Assembly: GCA_902537725.1 (NCBI GenBank)
Contig: CACBCD010000001.1
Coordinates: 5,482 to 69,481, forward strand
From: an uncultured PS1 clade bacterium
GTDB lineage: Bacteria > Pseudomonadota > Alphaproteobacteria > MED-G09
Reading direction: 5' to 3'
DNA length: 64,000 bases
Shown here: in pieces, positions 30,588 to 38,690 of the stretch
Numbering within the stretch: the first letter of the stretch is position 1
Layout: each line of letters starts with the position of its first letter
Made by a program: the position numbers and the translations under genes
The notes under the pieces: model-generated
Databases searched by the model: none
Told to the model about the DNA's origin: nothing
Seen by the model: the letters and a program-made list of their open reading frames with translations, nothing else

Positions 30588-30968
30588 ATGCTGAAAACTT
30601 TATTAAGATCCAAGTTACACCGCATAAATGTTACGCAGGTAGAATTAGATTACGAGGGATCTTGTGCGGTTGATACCGATATTTTGAAGAAAGGTAATTT
30701 TCAAGAATATGAAAAAATTGACATTTATAATGTAACCAATGGCGAGAGGTTTTCCACATACTTAATGTCAGCTGAAGCAGGTTCTAAAACTGTATCTATT
30801 AATGGTGCTGCAGCCCATAAAGCTTCACCAAATGATTTAATAATTATTTGTGCGTATGGTCTATACGAAGAATCTGAAGCAAAAATTCATGTACCCACTC
30901 TGGTTTATTTTGATAAGGATAATAATATTAAATCGATCAAACATGGTATTCCTGAACAGAAATTATAA
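30588..30968 (+). CDS. panD: Aspartate 1-decarboxylase
   Basis: SKLHR, YEGSC self-cleavage site, NGERFSTY and NGAAAH. Confidence 0.97.
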   Translation: [126 protein letters not shown]

Positions 30969-31969
30969 TGAAAATTCTTTATCTTTGTCTTTCCATAATG
31001 ATATTTTCATCATGTTCAATTTTTGAGGATGAAGTATTTGAAAATACTGATAATAACTTAATGTCTGAAGAGGATATTATAAAAGAAAAATCTCCACCTT
31101 TTAGTTTTTTTAAGGCCTTACAATCTGTTGAAAGAGAGGAGATTGAAGTCTCAGATGAATATAATAAACTTATTACAAAGCCTTTTGGCTACGCTGCTTG
31201 GGTTGGTCATTCATCTTTTGTAATAAATAATTACGACCTCAATATTATTTCAGACCCAATGTTCTCTGATAGGGCGTCACCATTTCAGTTTCTTGGGCCA
31301 AAGAGATTAATTGAACCTGCAATAGGCTATAAAAATTTACCTAAAATAGATGTTGTTGTAATTAGTCATAATCATTACGATCATTTGGATTTAAAAAGTG
31401 TTAAAAAGTTAAATAAACTTAATCCAGATACAATTTTCTTAGTACCCTTAAAACTTAAAAATTGGTTTTTAAGTAAGGGTATCAAAAACGTTTATGAATT
31501 TGACTGGTGGGATTCAAAAATTATTGAAAACACTACTTTTACATTTGTTCCTGTTCAGCATTGGTCAAGAAGAGGTCTTTTCGATAAAAATAAAAGTTTA
31601 TGGGGCGGATGGTGGATTGAGAATTCAAACATTAGATTAGTTCATTTAGGTGATACTGGTTACTCAAAAGATTTTATAGAGATTAATAAAAGGCTTGGTA
31701 GTCCTGATGTAGCATTTATACCTATTGGCGCTTACTCACCAAGAAGAATTATGAAGAAAAGCCATATGAATCCAAGAGAGGCTTTGGACGCAGCTTTAGA
31801 TCTAGGTGCAAAAAAATCTATTGGAATGCATTGGGGTACATTTATACTTACAACAGAGCCAATAAGAGAACCTGAAGTTATTCTTAATGACTTAATTCAA
31901 AAGAGTAATTTTCAAGAAGATTTTTTTATAACAATGAAGCCAGGTTCGATAATAAAATTTAATGAGTAA
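30968..31969 (+). CDS. MBL-fold metallohydrolase (NAPE-PLD/RomA-like), predicted lipoprotein
   Basis: Lipobox-like FSSC; W.GHS, SHNHYDHLD, GDTGY, PIGAY and MHWGTF motifs. Confidence 0.9.
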   Translation: MKILYLCLSIMIFSSCSIFEDEVFENTDNNLMSEEDIIKEKSPPFSFFKALQSVEREEIEVSDEYNKLITKPFGYAAWVGHSSFVINNYDLNIISDPMFSDRASPFQFLGPKRLIEPAIGYKNLPKIDVVVISHNHYDHLDLKSVKKLNKLNPDTIFLVPLKLKNWFLSKGIKNVYEFDWWDSKIIENTTFTFVPVQHWSRRGLFDKNKSLWGGWWIENSNIRLVHLGDTGYSKDFIEINKRLGSPDVAFIPIGAYSPRRIMKKSHMNPREALDAALDLGAKKSIGMHWGTFILTTEPIREPEVILNDLIQKSNFQEDFFITMKPGSIIKFNE

Positions 31970-32104
31970 TTAAAAAATTATTGAGAGAACTTTTGTAAGA
32001 ATTCTATCGAGAGAAGCTAAAGAATTTACTCTATTATTTTCAATAAGACTAAGCTCTTTAGTTAGCTTAGGATCTTTAAAATTTACTACACTATCTTTTA
32101 CCAT
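31970..32104 (-). CDS. Putative 44-aa small protein (not in ORF track)
   Basis: Manual translation MVKDSVVNFKDPKLTKELSLIENNRVNSLASLDRILTKVLSIIF*; its stop abuts the stop of the MBL gene exactly. Confidence 0.45.
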   Translation of the reverse strand: MVKDSVVNFKDPKLTKELSLIENNRVNSLASLDRILTKVLSIIF

Positions 32105-32126
32105 CTTCAATCAACACTTTCTTTTG

Positions 32127-32175
32127 TGGACAACCTCTTCAAGGGAATGGGAGGGGGGAAGGAAGAGGTTGTCCA
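32127..32175 (-). ncRNA. Perfect 14-bp hairpin with a C-rich anti-SD loop (candidate 3'UTR-derived sRNA element)
   Basis: TGGACAACCTCTTC / GAAGAGGTTGTCCA; minus-strand loop CUUCCCCCCUCCCAUUCCCUU. Confidence 0.6.
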
Positions 32176-32205
32176 TTATGTTGCAACCGTTAGGTTGAAA
32201 CTAAA

Positions 32206-32511
32206 TTATTTAAAATCGGCTTTAAAAGCGGTGAATGCACCATCTTTTGTTTGAATTGATCTAACACTTTCATACAGAACGCAGTAAGCACCGTTTGAAT
32301 TTAAGCTATATGCCTCACAACTGGACTTACTTTTACAAGCAGTTAAACAATTATCAGCGTTTCTATATTTTGCAGTTGTCTTGTAAGAAAGAATTTTACC
32401 ACCAGTTACAATCACTTCGTTTTTTTTGTCCGAATCTGCAAAGGCAGGGGAAACGGCAACAAAAACTGAAAGAAATAATCCAGCAATTAAAATATTTTTT
32501 AACAAAGACAT
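32206..32511 (-). CDS. Small secreted PAN/apple-domain protein (start ATG 32511)
   Basis: Signal peptide ending AFA; C-x3-C-x5-C-x-A-Y...C-x-L pattern; GGAG SD. Confidence 0.8.
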   Translation of the reverse strand: MSLLKNILIAGLFLSVFVAVSPAFADSDKKNEVIVTGGKILSYKTTAKYRNADNCLTACKSKSSCEAYSLNSNGAYCVLYESVRSIQTKDGAFTAFKADFK

Positions 32512-32643
32512 AATCAACTCCATAATCTTGATTAACTTTATATGGTATTTCTATTATATTTAGCAAATCAATTATATAAATGTTTACTATTTATTTAATG
32601 AATGTTATAGTATTAATATAATAAATGAAAAGGTATTTATATT

Positions 32644-33663
32644 ATGAATTTATCAAGAATAGACTTAAATCTTTTGTTAGTTTTTACATCAATATATAAT
32701 GAGAAAACTATAACGAAAGCAGCAGAGAAATTAAATTTATCACAGTCTGCCGTTAGTAATGCACTAAATAGGTTAAGATATACATTAGATGATGATTTAT
32801 TTTTTAGATCGTCAGATATGATGAAGCCTACAAAGAAAGCTGAGGATCTAATATATCCAATTCAAAATGCTCTTGATTCAATTCAATCATCATTAAGTGA
32901 TGAAGAATTTAACCCTTCAAAATCCGATAGACTTTTTAAGTTTTGTTTACCTGATATTGCTGCAGGAAGAATTTTTCCTCAACTTGCAAAGATTTTCCAG
33001 GAAGAGGCACCAAATATTCAAATCTCATCAGTATCAACTTCAAAAGGAGATTTGGAGAAATTAAAAAATCAAGAGTTAGATTTTATAATTTCCTCTGATG
33101 AGGGACTTCGATCTGAATTAAAATCCTATTCCGATGATAAATTTAATGAGTACTTCAATAGTTTTCTAATTTATAAAGATCGCCCTTTATGTGTTGGAAG
33201 AAAGGGAAACCCTTTCTTTGATGAAAATGGTGAAATAAGTCTTGATAATTATACTGCAGCAAATCATGTACATGTCAGCTATGACGGAACAATCGATAGT
33301 CCTGTAAATGACTATTTGCAAGAAATCGGGAAAAAAAGAAATATTACTATGTCAGTAAATTATGTTTCAGTAGCAAAAGAAATTATTCGATCATCTGATT
33401 ATTTAATAACTTTATCAGGTCACCTTGCATCTTATTTTAATAAGGCTAATAATTTTATTGTTTCTCCTATGCCGTTTGATACCAATGAATATTCTGTACG
33501 TTTATTTTGGAATAAACGATCAGAAAATGATGCTGCGCATGCATGGATGCTTGGAAAATTATATAAAATACAAGAAAAAAACTTTGGACTAGATGGTGAT
33601 AATGTTGATCATTATTATACTGACCCTGACAATAGATATTCTGTTGTTGGATCGAATCTTTAA
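32644..33663 (+). CDS. LysR-type transcriptional regulator (NodD/LeuO/MexT-like)
   Basis: DLNLL.VF..IY.E.TITKAA..LNLSQSAVSNAL.RLR HTH; C-terminal D.AHAWM. Confidence 0.95.
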   Translation: MNLSRIDLNLLLVFTSIYNEKTITKAAEKLNLSQSAVSNALNRLRYTLDDDLFFRSSDMMKPTKKAEDLIYPIQNALDSIQSSLSDEEFNPSKSDRLFKFCLPDIAAGRIFPQLAKIFQEEAPNIQISSVSTSKGDLEKLKNQELDFIISSDEGLRSELKSYSDDKFNEYFNSFLIYKDRPLCVGRKGNPFFDENGEISLDNYTAANHVHVSYDGTIDSPVNDYLQEIGKKRNITMSVNYVSVAKEIIRSSDYLITLSGHLASYFNKANNFIVSPMPFDTNEYSVRLFWNKRSENDAAHAWMLGKLYKIQEKNFGLDGDNVDHYYTDPDNRYSVVGSNL

Positions 33664-33669
33664 ACTTTT

Positions 33670-33918
33670 TTAGATTGCTTCATAATTAGGTAAAAATTTT
33701 GTAACGAAAACAGCTTTATTTTTATTGTTAACGTTCCATTTTATTGAACTTGATAAAACTTCCATAACATTATCAAAATCACCATAGATAACTGTGCTGG
33801 TTGGAAAAACTTCTAGCTTAATATCATTGTAGCTTTTTAAATGCTCAATAAAATTTTCTATAATAGGAAGGTATTTATCCTCTAAAGGGTACATTGTAAT
33901 TTCTATCGATAGCTTCAT
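33670..33918 (-). CDS. YkoF/DUF77-like (thiamine/HMP-binding fold) small protein
   Basis: SIEITMYPL...I..FI..L...V.PTST.IYGDFD.VM pattern. Confidence 0.75.
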   Translation of the reverse strand: MKLSIEITMYPLEDKYLPIIENFIEHLKSYNDIKLEVFPTSTVIYGDFDNVMEVLSSSIKWNVNNKNKAVFVTKFLPNYEAI

Positions 33919-34029
33919 TTGATCAACCTTTTCGAATAGTTATTTGTAATAATTCTGTAATATTTTTCAAATATAAAAATAAAAAGTTAATATTTTATTT
34001 ATTAAATTGTCATATTTAATCCTTAGATT

Positions 34030-34104
34030 GTTGTACAAACAATTAACCTCCCCAGTTTATTGTTAGGCCGCTGTGAGATAGAATTTTACAGCGGCCATTT
34101 CTTT
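34030..34104 (+). ncRNA. Candidate trans-acting sRNA: anti-SD hairpin plus intrinsic terminator
   Basis: AACAATTAAC-CTCCCCA-GTTTATTGTT hairpin, then GGCCGCTGT...ACAGCGGCC-ATTTCTTT; no plus-strand CDS ends immediately upstream. Confidence 0.6.
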
Positions 34105-34180
34105 ATAATCAATTTAATTTTATTTATCGTTAAATAAGTTCTAATATTAAGTAATTTATATAAAGTTATGGGAGTAATAA

Positions 34181-35233
34181 ATGCCTAAAAAAATATACAA
34201 GGTTATACAATGGTCTTCTGGTAATGTTGGTAAAGCCTCTATTAGGGGTATTAAAAATAGAAATGATCTTGATCTTGTAGGACTTATAGTTTCGGATAAA
34301 AATAAGAATGGATTAGATGCAGGAATTATTGCTGGGATTGACTCAATAGGTGTTGAAGCCTCTACTGATATTGAAAAAGCCTTATCTACTGAAGCTGATT
34401 GTGTAAATTATACTCCTCTTGCCTCTTTGAGGTTAGGTGAAGATCCTGATTTAGATAAAAAGAATATAATAATGCTTTTAAGAAAAGGTTTTAATGTCGT
34501 AACCACTGTTGGTTTTTTATATCCTAAGGCTTTTGGAGAAGATTTTGCAAATGAAATTGAGGATGCTTGTATTGAGGGGGGTGTAAGCCTTCATGGTACA
34601 GGTATTGCTCCAGGTTGGCTCTCTGATTTAATGCCTTTAACTATGAGTGGAATGTCTGAGGAGATAAATGAGGTAGTTGTAACGGAAAGTTCTGAATTTT
34701 CATATTATCCTTCTGAGGAAATTGTTTTTGATACAATGTTAATGGGAAAATCTCTTGATCAATATAATCAAGAGGCTGGTCGATATGAAAATTGGTTAGG
34801 CGGTCTTTTTAAAGAAGCGATATACTTAATTGCTGATGGTATAGGGTCTAAAATTATTAATGTAGAAGAAAGTATAGATTTAATTACTGCTGAACAAGAT
34901 TATAAAATTGCCGCCGGTGTAGTTGAAAAAGGAAAAATTTCCGGTCAAAGAAGAAAGTGGACAGGTAATTGTGAAGATGGAACTAAAATCATACAGGAAA
35001 CAATTTGGAGGGCGCACCCTGATGCAGCTCCTGAGTGGGAAGAACCAGTTGGGATGTGTGTTGAAGTAAAGGGAAAGCCAAATATGAAAATTGATTTTTC
35101 ACATGATTGGAATGATGATCCATTGGTATCGACTGCCTTGCATGGTATCCATGCAATACCCCTAGTTTGTGAGGCAAGTCCTGGATTTAAGTCTTTTTTA
35201 GATCTTCCACTAATTTCATCTAAGTTTAATTAA
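34181..35233 (+). CDS. Dihydrodipicolinate reductase-like / NAD(P)H-dependent amine dehydrogenase family oxidoreductase
   Basis: VIQWSSGNVG Rossmann variant; G.DAG; HGTGIAPG; C-terminal AIP.VCEA.PG..S.LDLP. Confidence 0.82.
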   Translation: MPKKIYKVIQWSSGNVGKASIRGIKNRNDLDLVGLIVSDKNKNGLDAGIIAGIDSIGVEASTDIEKALSTEADCVNYTPLASLRLGEDPDLDKKNIIMLLRKGFNVVTTVGFLYPKAFGEDFANEIEDACIEGGVSLHGTGIAPGWLSDLMPLTMSGMSEEINEVVVTESSEFSYYPSEEIVFDTMLMGKSLDQYNQEAGRYENWLGGLFKEAIYLIADGIGSKIINVEESIDLITAEQDYKIAAGVVEKGKISGQRRKWTGNCEDGTKIIQETIWRAHPDAAPEWEEPVGMCVEVKGKPNMKIDFSHDWNDDPLVSTALHGIHAIPLVCEASPGFKSFLDLPLISSKFN

Positions 35234-35273
35234 AAAAAGTTTTAAAAAATAAATAAATGATGCATATTTAATT

Positions 35274-35501
35274 ATGGAAAATTCAATTTTACTTTTAACA
35301 ATTGGTTTAGGGTTTCTTTGGCATGGTGCTCTAATCTATTGGGTAGCAGGATTACCTCGACAATTAAAGAAAACGAGCAAAAACATAACCGAGTCAGATA
35401 CTGAAAAGTCTTTTATGTTATTTTGGTTGGACCAATATTCGTGGATAGGTTTATTAATTATTTTTATTGGTATTTTGTCGATTATCAGAGGTTTAATATG
35501 A
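35274..35501 (+). CDS. Small two-TM hypothetical membrane protein
   Basis: Two hydrophobic segments; ATGA overlap with the next gene. Confidence 0.7.
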   Translation: MENSILLLTIGLGFLWHGALIYWVAGLPRQLKKTSKNITESDTEKSFMLFWLDQYSWIGLLIIFIGILSIIRGLI

Positions 35502-35872
35502 TTACTTTATTTTATGCAGGAATTTTAGGTTTAATGTCTGTTTTTCTTGCAAATCAAGTACTTTACGTTCGCTTGAGAGGTGATAAAGAAGAAAAGTGGA
35601 GAGGTGATGCAGTTTTAAGAGTACAGGCAAACTTTATTGAGAATGTACCTCTAGCATTAATACTTTTATTTATTTTGGAATATGTGAATCTTCAGAATTA
35701 TTTAATTCATTTAATCGGGATTCTGTTAACAATCTTTAGATTACTTCATGCCATTGGTATGAGTAATAATCCTGGAGCAAATTATCCTCGTTTAATTGGA
35801 GCGCAAGGTACATTTCTCCTTATAAGTGTGATGGGCTTTATGTCTATAATTATTGGTGTATCAAATTTTTAA
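35498..35872 (+). CDS. MAPEG family membrane protein (start ATG 35498)
   Basis: RVQANFIENVP and RLLHAIG motifs. Confidence 0.88.
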   Translation: MITLFYAGILGLMSVFLANQVLYVRLRGDKEEKWRGDAVLRVQANFIENVPLALILLFILEYVNLQNYLIHLIGILLTIFRLLHAIGMSNNPGANYPRLIGAQGTFLLISVMGFMSIIIGVSNF

Positions 35873-36644
35873 ATACTTCAATAACCTTATTGTGAACTGG
35901 CTTCAAAAACCAATTAAAAGCTATGAAAAGAGAACTCAATTTGATCTGCTTGATCTTGAGTTAGTAATGGAGCCTGGAGATATTTTACTCGTTGAGGGAA
36001 ACCAGAGGGTTTCTTCTGCTATAAAATATCTTACTCAATCTACATGGTCTCATGCAGCCTTTTATTTAGGTAAAAATAATAAGTTCACCGATGGTATGGG
36101 CGGGGGATCAATTCTAATTGAGTCAGACCTTAAAAATGGAGTTACAACAATTCCATTATCTAATTATGAGAGTTTTAATACCAGGATTTGTAGGCCAATT
36201 GGCTTACCTGCTGATGAAAAAGAAAAAGTAATTAATTTTATGATCAAATCAATTGGGCTTGATTATGATCGAAAAAATATCTTAGATCTTATGAGATATT
36301 TGCTTCCTCAGCCCCCAGTTCCAGAGAGATTTAGAAGAAGAATGATTGCTCTTGGTTCTGGTACACCGTCAAAAGTTATTTGTTCAACATTAATTGCAAA
36401 AGCTTTCCAGTCTGTAAATTATCCAATACTTCCAATTATTCAAAAGGAGAGGACAATATTAGAGGAGGGTTTATATAGAGGTATTAAACATAGTCGCTTT
36501 ATCGAAAAAGAATATCTTCATATTCGGCATCACTCTTTATTTGTTCCTAGAGATTTTGATTTATCTCCATATTTTTCGACAATTAAACCAACTATCGAAA
36601 AAGGATTTAATTACAAAAATTTGCCTATCAAAGGATTTAACTAG
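35853..36644 (+). CDS. Permuted papain-like amidase (YaeF/YiiX/YebB-like NlpC/P60)
   Basis: PGDILLVEG...IKYLTQSTWSHA (His), ICSTLIA (Cys) and PRDFDLSPYF. Confidence 0.85.
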   Translation: MVYQIFKYFNNLIVNWLQKPIKSYEKRTQFDLLDLELVMEPGDILLVEGNQRVSSAIKYLTQSTWSHAAFYLGKNNKFTDGMGGGSILIESDLKNGVTTIPLSNYESFNTRICRPIGLPADEKEKVINFMIKSIGLDYDRKNILDLMRYLLPQPPVPERFRRRMIALGSGTPSKVICSTLIAKAFQSVNYPILPIIQKERTILEEGLYRGIKHSRFIEKEYLHIRHHSLFVPRDFDLSPYFSTIKPTIEKGFNYKNLPIKGFN

Positions 36645-36657
36645 TTTTTATAATTTT

Positions 36658-37167
36658 TCATAGATTATCTCTATTTAGATCTTTTGGCTGAATAAATTTA
36701 TCTAAAAAGCATTTATTATTATAAATATTGAACCAGTTATCATTATCAAAAGATATAAAACATGCAGAGCATGTTGAAAACTTAACCATTAATTCTTGAT
36801 TATTGTTTGTTAAGGACAGAGAAAGTTCATGGATACCAGGGTTATGTCCCATAACTAGAATTATATTTTCATCACTAGAATTTCTTTCTATCGATTTCAA
36901 AATTTCATTAGGCTCAGCGTGATATAAATTTTTATCGATATTGGCTTTTGGCGCTTTGTACAAACTATTAAATGCGAACAGGGTCTCTTGTGCTCTAGTT
37001 GCGGGCGAGGATAAGATGAGATCAGGCGAAGAATTAGATAAAATGAACTCGGCCATTATTTTTGACTCTTTTTTTCCTCTCTCATCAATATGACGATTGA
37101 AATCATTGTTTCCAATTTCAGCGTGAGCATGTCTCCATAATATAAGATTTTTTTTCATTTTAATCAT
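36658..37167 (-). CDS. sixA: SixA-like phosphohistidine phosphatase
   Basis: LWRHAHA, D..R, SSPATRAQET and GHNPG motifs. Confidence 0.85.
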   Translation of the reverse strand: MIKMKKNLILWRHAHAEIGNNDFNRHIDERGKKESKIMAEFILSNSSPDLILSSPATRAQETLFAFNSLYKAPKANIDKNLYHAEPNEILKSIERNSSDENIILVMGHNPGIHELSLSLTNNNQELMVKFSTCSACFISFDNDNWFNIYNNKCFLDKFIQPKDLNRDNL

Positions 37168-37261
37168 ATTAACATTAAAAACATCGTTAAAAAATAACTT
37201 AAAAATATAAATTTATTATTACAATATTGATTTACTTTTATTTATATTCTTATAATCAACC

Positions 37262-38584
37262 ATGGATAAAAAAATTGAAACTACAGATTATAAAATAGGA
37301 TCTGTTTTAAGTGAAATAATTCGCCCTAAAATTCCAATTATTTTTTTATTAGTAGTTCTATGTTTTGCTTTTTTCTTGTTGGGTTTCTTGACTTTTTTTA
37401 CAGCAATTTTCTTTATCGTGATTTTCACAGTAGTTTTATTAGCAATGTCAAGTGACGATAGGAAGGCACTCGAATTTTATAAAAATCAAGAAGAGTTAAA
37501 ATCTAAGGATATTAGTGAAGGCCTTAATAAACTTAAAACAATTATTGAAGCTATTAAAGAACCTACAATTTTGATTAATGAAAATGATGTTATATTAATT
37601 TTTAATCAAAGTGCTGATAAGACTTTTTTTTCATCAATTGCGAGAGACTCTCTTTTAAATTCTGAAAATGAAATTCCAACAGGACTAAGAATTCAAACTA
37701 TTATTAGGTCAACTCTATTAATAGAAACTTTAAATCTTTATAAAAATAGTCAAAAAAATAGCATTGAAAAAATAGAAATTATCTTACCAGGTGAAATAGA
37801 TAGATCTTATGAGGTTGATATTTCAAGAGTGCCTAATTTCTCAAAAGATGAATTTAATTATTTATTAATGTTTAGAGAAACTACAGAAGTAAAGAAAATA
37901 TTGACATTGCGTAGTGAATTTATTGCCAATGCAAGTCATGAATTAAAAACTCCAATTAGCGTAATAAAGGGAATAGCTGAAACCCTTGAAAAATATGGAG
38001 ATGAAGATAAAGAGACTTCTAAAGATTTTTTAAAAAAACTAATTGATCAATCAAATAGAGCGCAACTTTTAATTGAAGATTTATTATCCCTAAATCAAGC
38101 AGAAATGCGCCAACATATTTTGCCTGAAAATAAAGTTAACTTAACGACAGTACTTGATAATATTTTTGATGGATTAAATGAATTAGCTAAAAAAAATAAA
38201 ATCAATTTAACGAGAGATATAAGAAAAAAGGACTTTTATATTTTAGGGGATGAAGATGATATTAGGAGAGCTTTCATTAATTTGATAGAAAATGCCATTA
38301 AATACAATACCTCTGGCAAAAAGGTTATCATACACCTTTCAGATAATAGCGATACAGTCTTGTTTAAAGTAATTGATGATGGTCCGGGTATATCAAATAT
38401 TCATATACCAAGGCTTACTGAGAGATTTTACAGAGTTGACCTTGATAGTAGTATAAAAAAAGGTGGAACGGGTCTAGGGCTTTCTATTGTTAAAAATATT
38501 ATTACTCGTCATAAGGCCCAACTTGATATTGAAAGTGAAGTAGGGAAAGGTTCTTCTTTTTCCATTATTTTTAATAAAGCTTAA
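37262..38584 (+). CDS. phoR: Phosphate regulon sensor histidine kinase
   Basis: FIANASHELKTP, NLIENAIKY, HIPRLTERFYRVD and GTGLGLSIVK; upstream of pst genes. Confidence 0.92.
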   Translation: MDKKIETTDYKIGSVLSEIIRPKIPIIFLLVVLCFAFFLLGFLTFFTAIFFIVIFTVVLLAMSSDDRKALEFYKNQEELKSKDISEGLNKLKTIIEAIKEPTILINENDVILIFNQSADKTFFSSIARDSLLNSENEIPTGLRIQTIIRSTLLIETLNLYKNSQKNSIEKIEIILPGEIDRSYEVDISRVPNFSKDEFNYLLMFRETTEVKKILTLRSEFIANASHELKTPISVIKGIAETLEKYGDEDKETSKDFLKKLIDQSNRAQLLIEDLLSLNQAEMRQHILPENKVNLTTVLDNIFDGLNELAKKNKINLTRDIRKKDFYILGDEDDIRRAFINLIENAIKYNTSGKKVIIHLSDNSDTVLFKVIDDGPGISNIHIPRLTERFYRVDLDSSIKKGGTGLGLSIVKNIITRHKAQLDIESEVGKGSSFSIIFNKA

Positions 38585-38604
38585 ATTATAATTTAAATAT
38601 TTTC

Positions 38605-38633
38605 ATTTCATAAAACTGTCATAAAAGTCACAT
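38605..38633 (+). promoter_or_regulatory. Pho box (PhoB-binding site)
   Basis: ATTTCAT-AAAA-CTGTCAT-AAAA-GTCACAT, 11-bp periodic repeats upstream of porin-pstS. Confidence 0.85.
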
Positions 38634-38690
38634 ATTATTTTCAAATAAGAAGTGTTTTTGTCCCATTATTAATCAATTTAAGGGAAAATT

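Noticed and set aside
33920-34180. TPP or other known riboswitch
   Set aside because: Conserved aptamer cores are not recognisable on either strand
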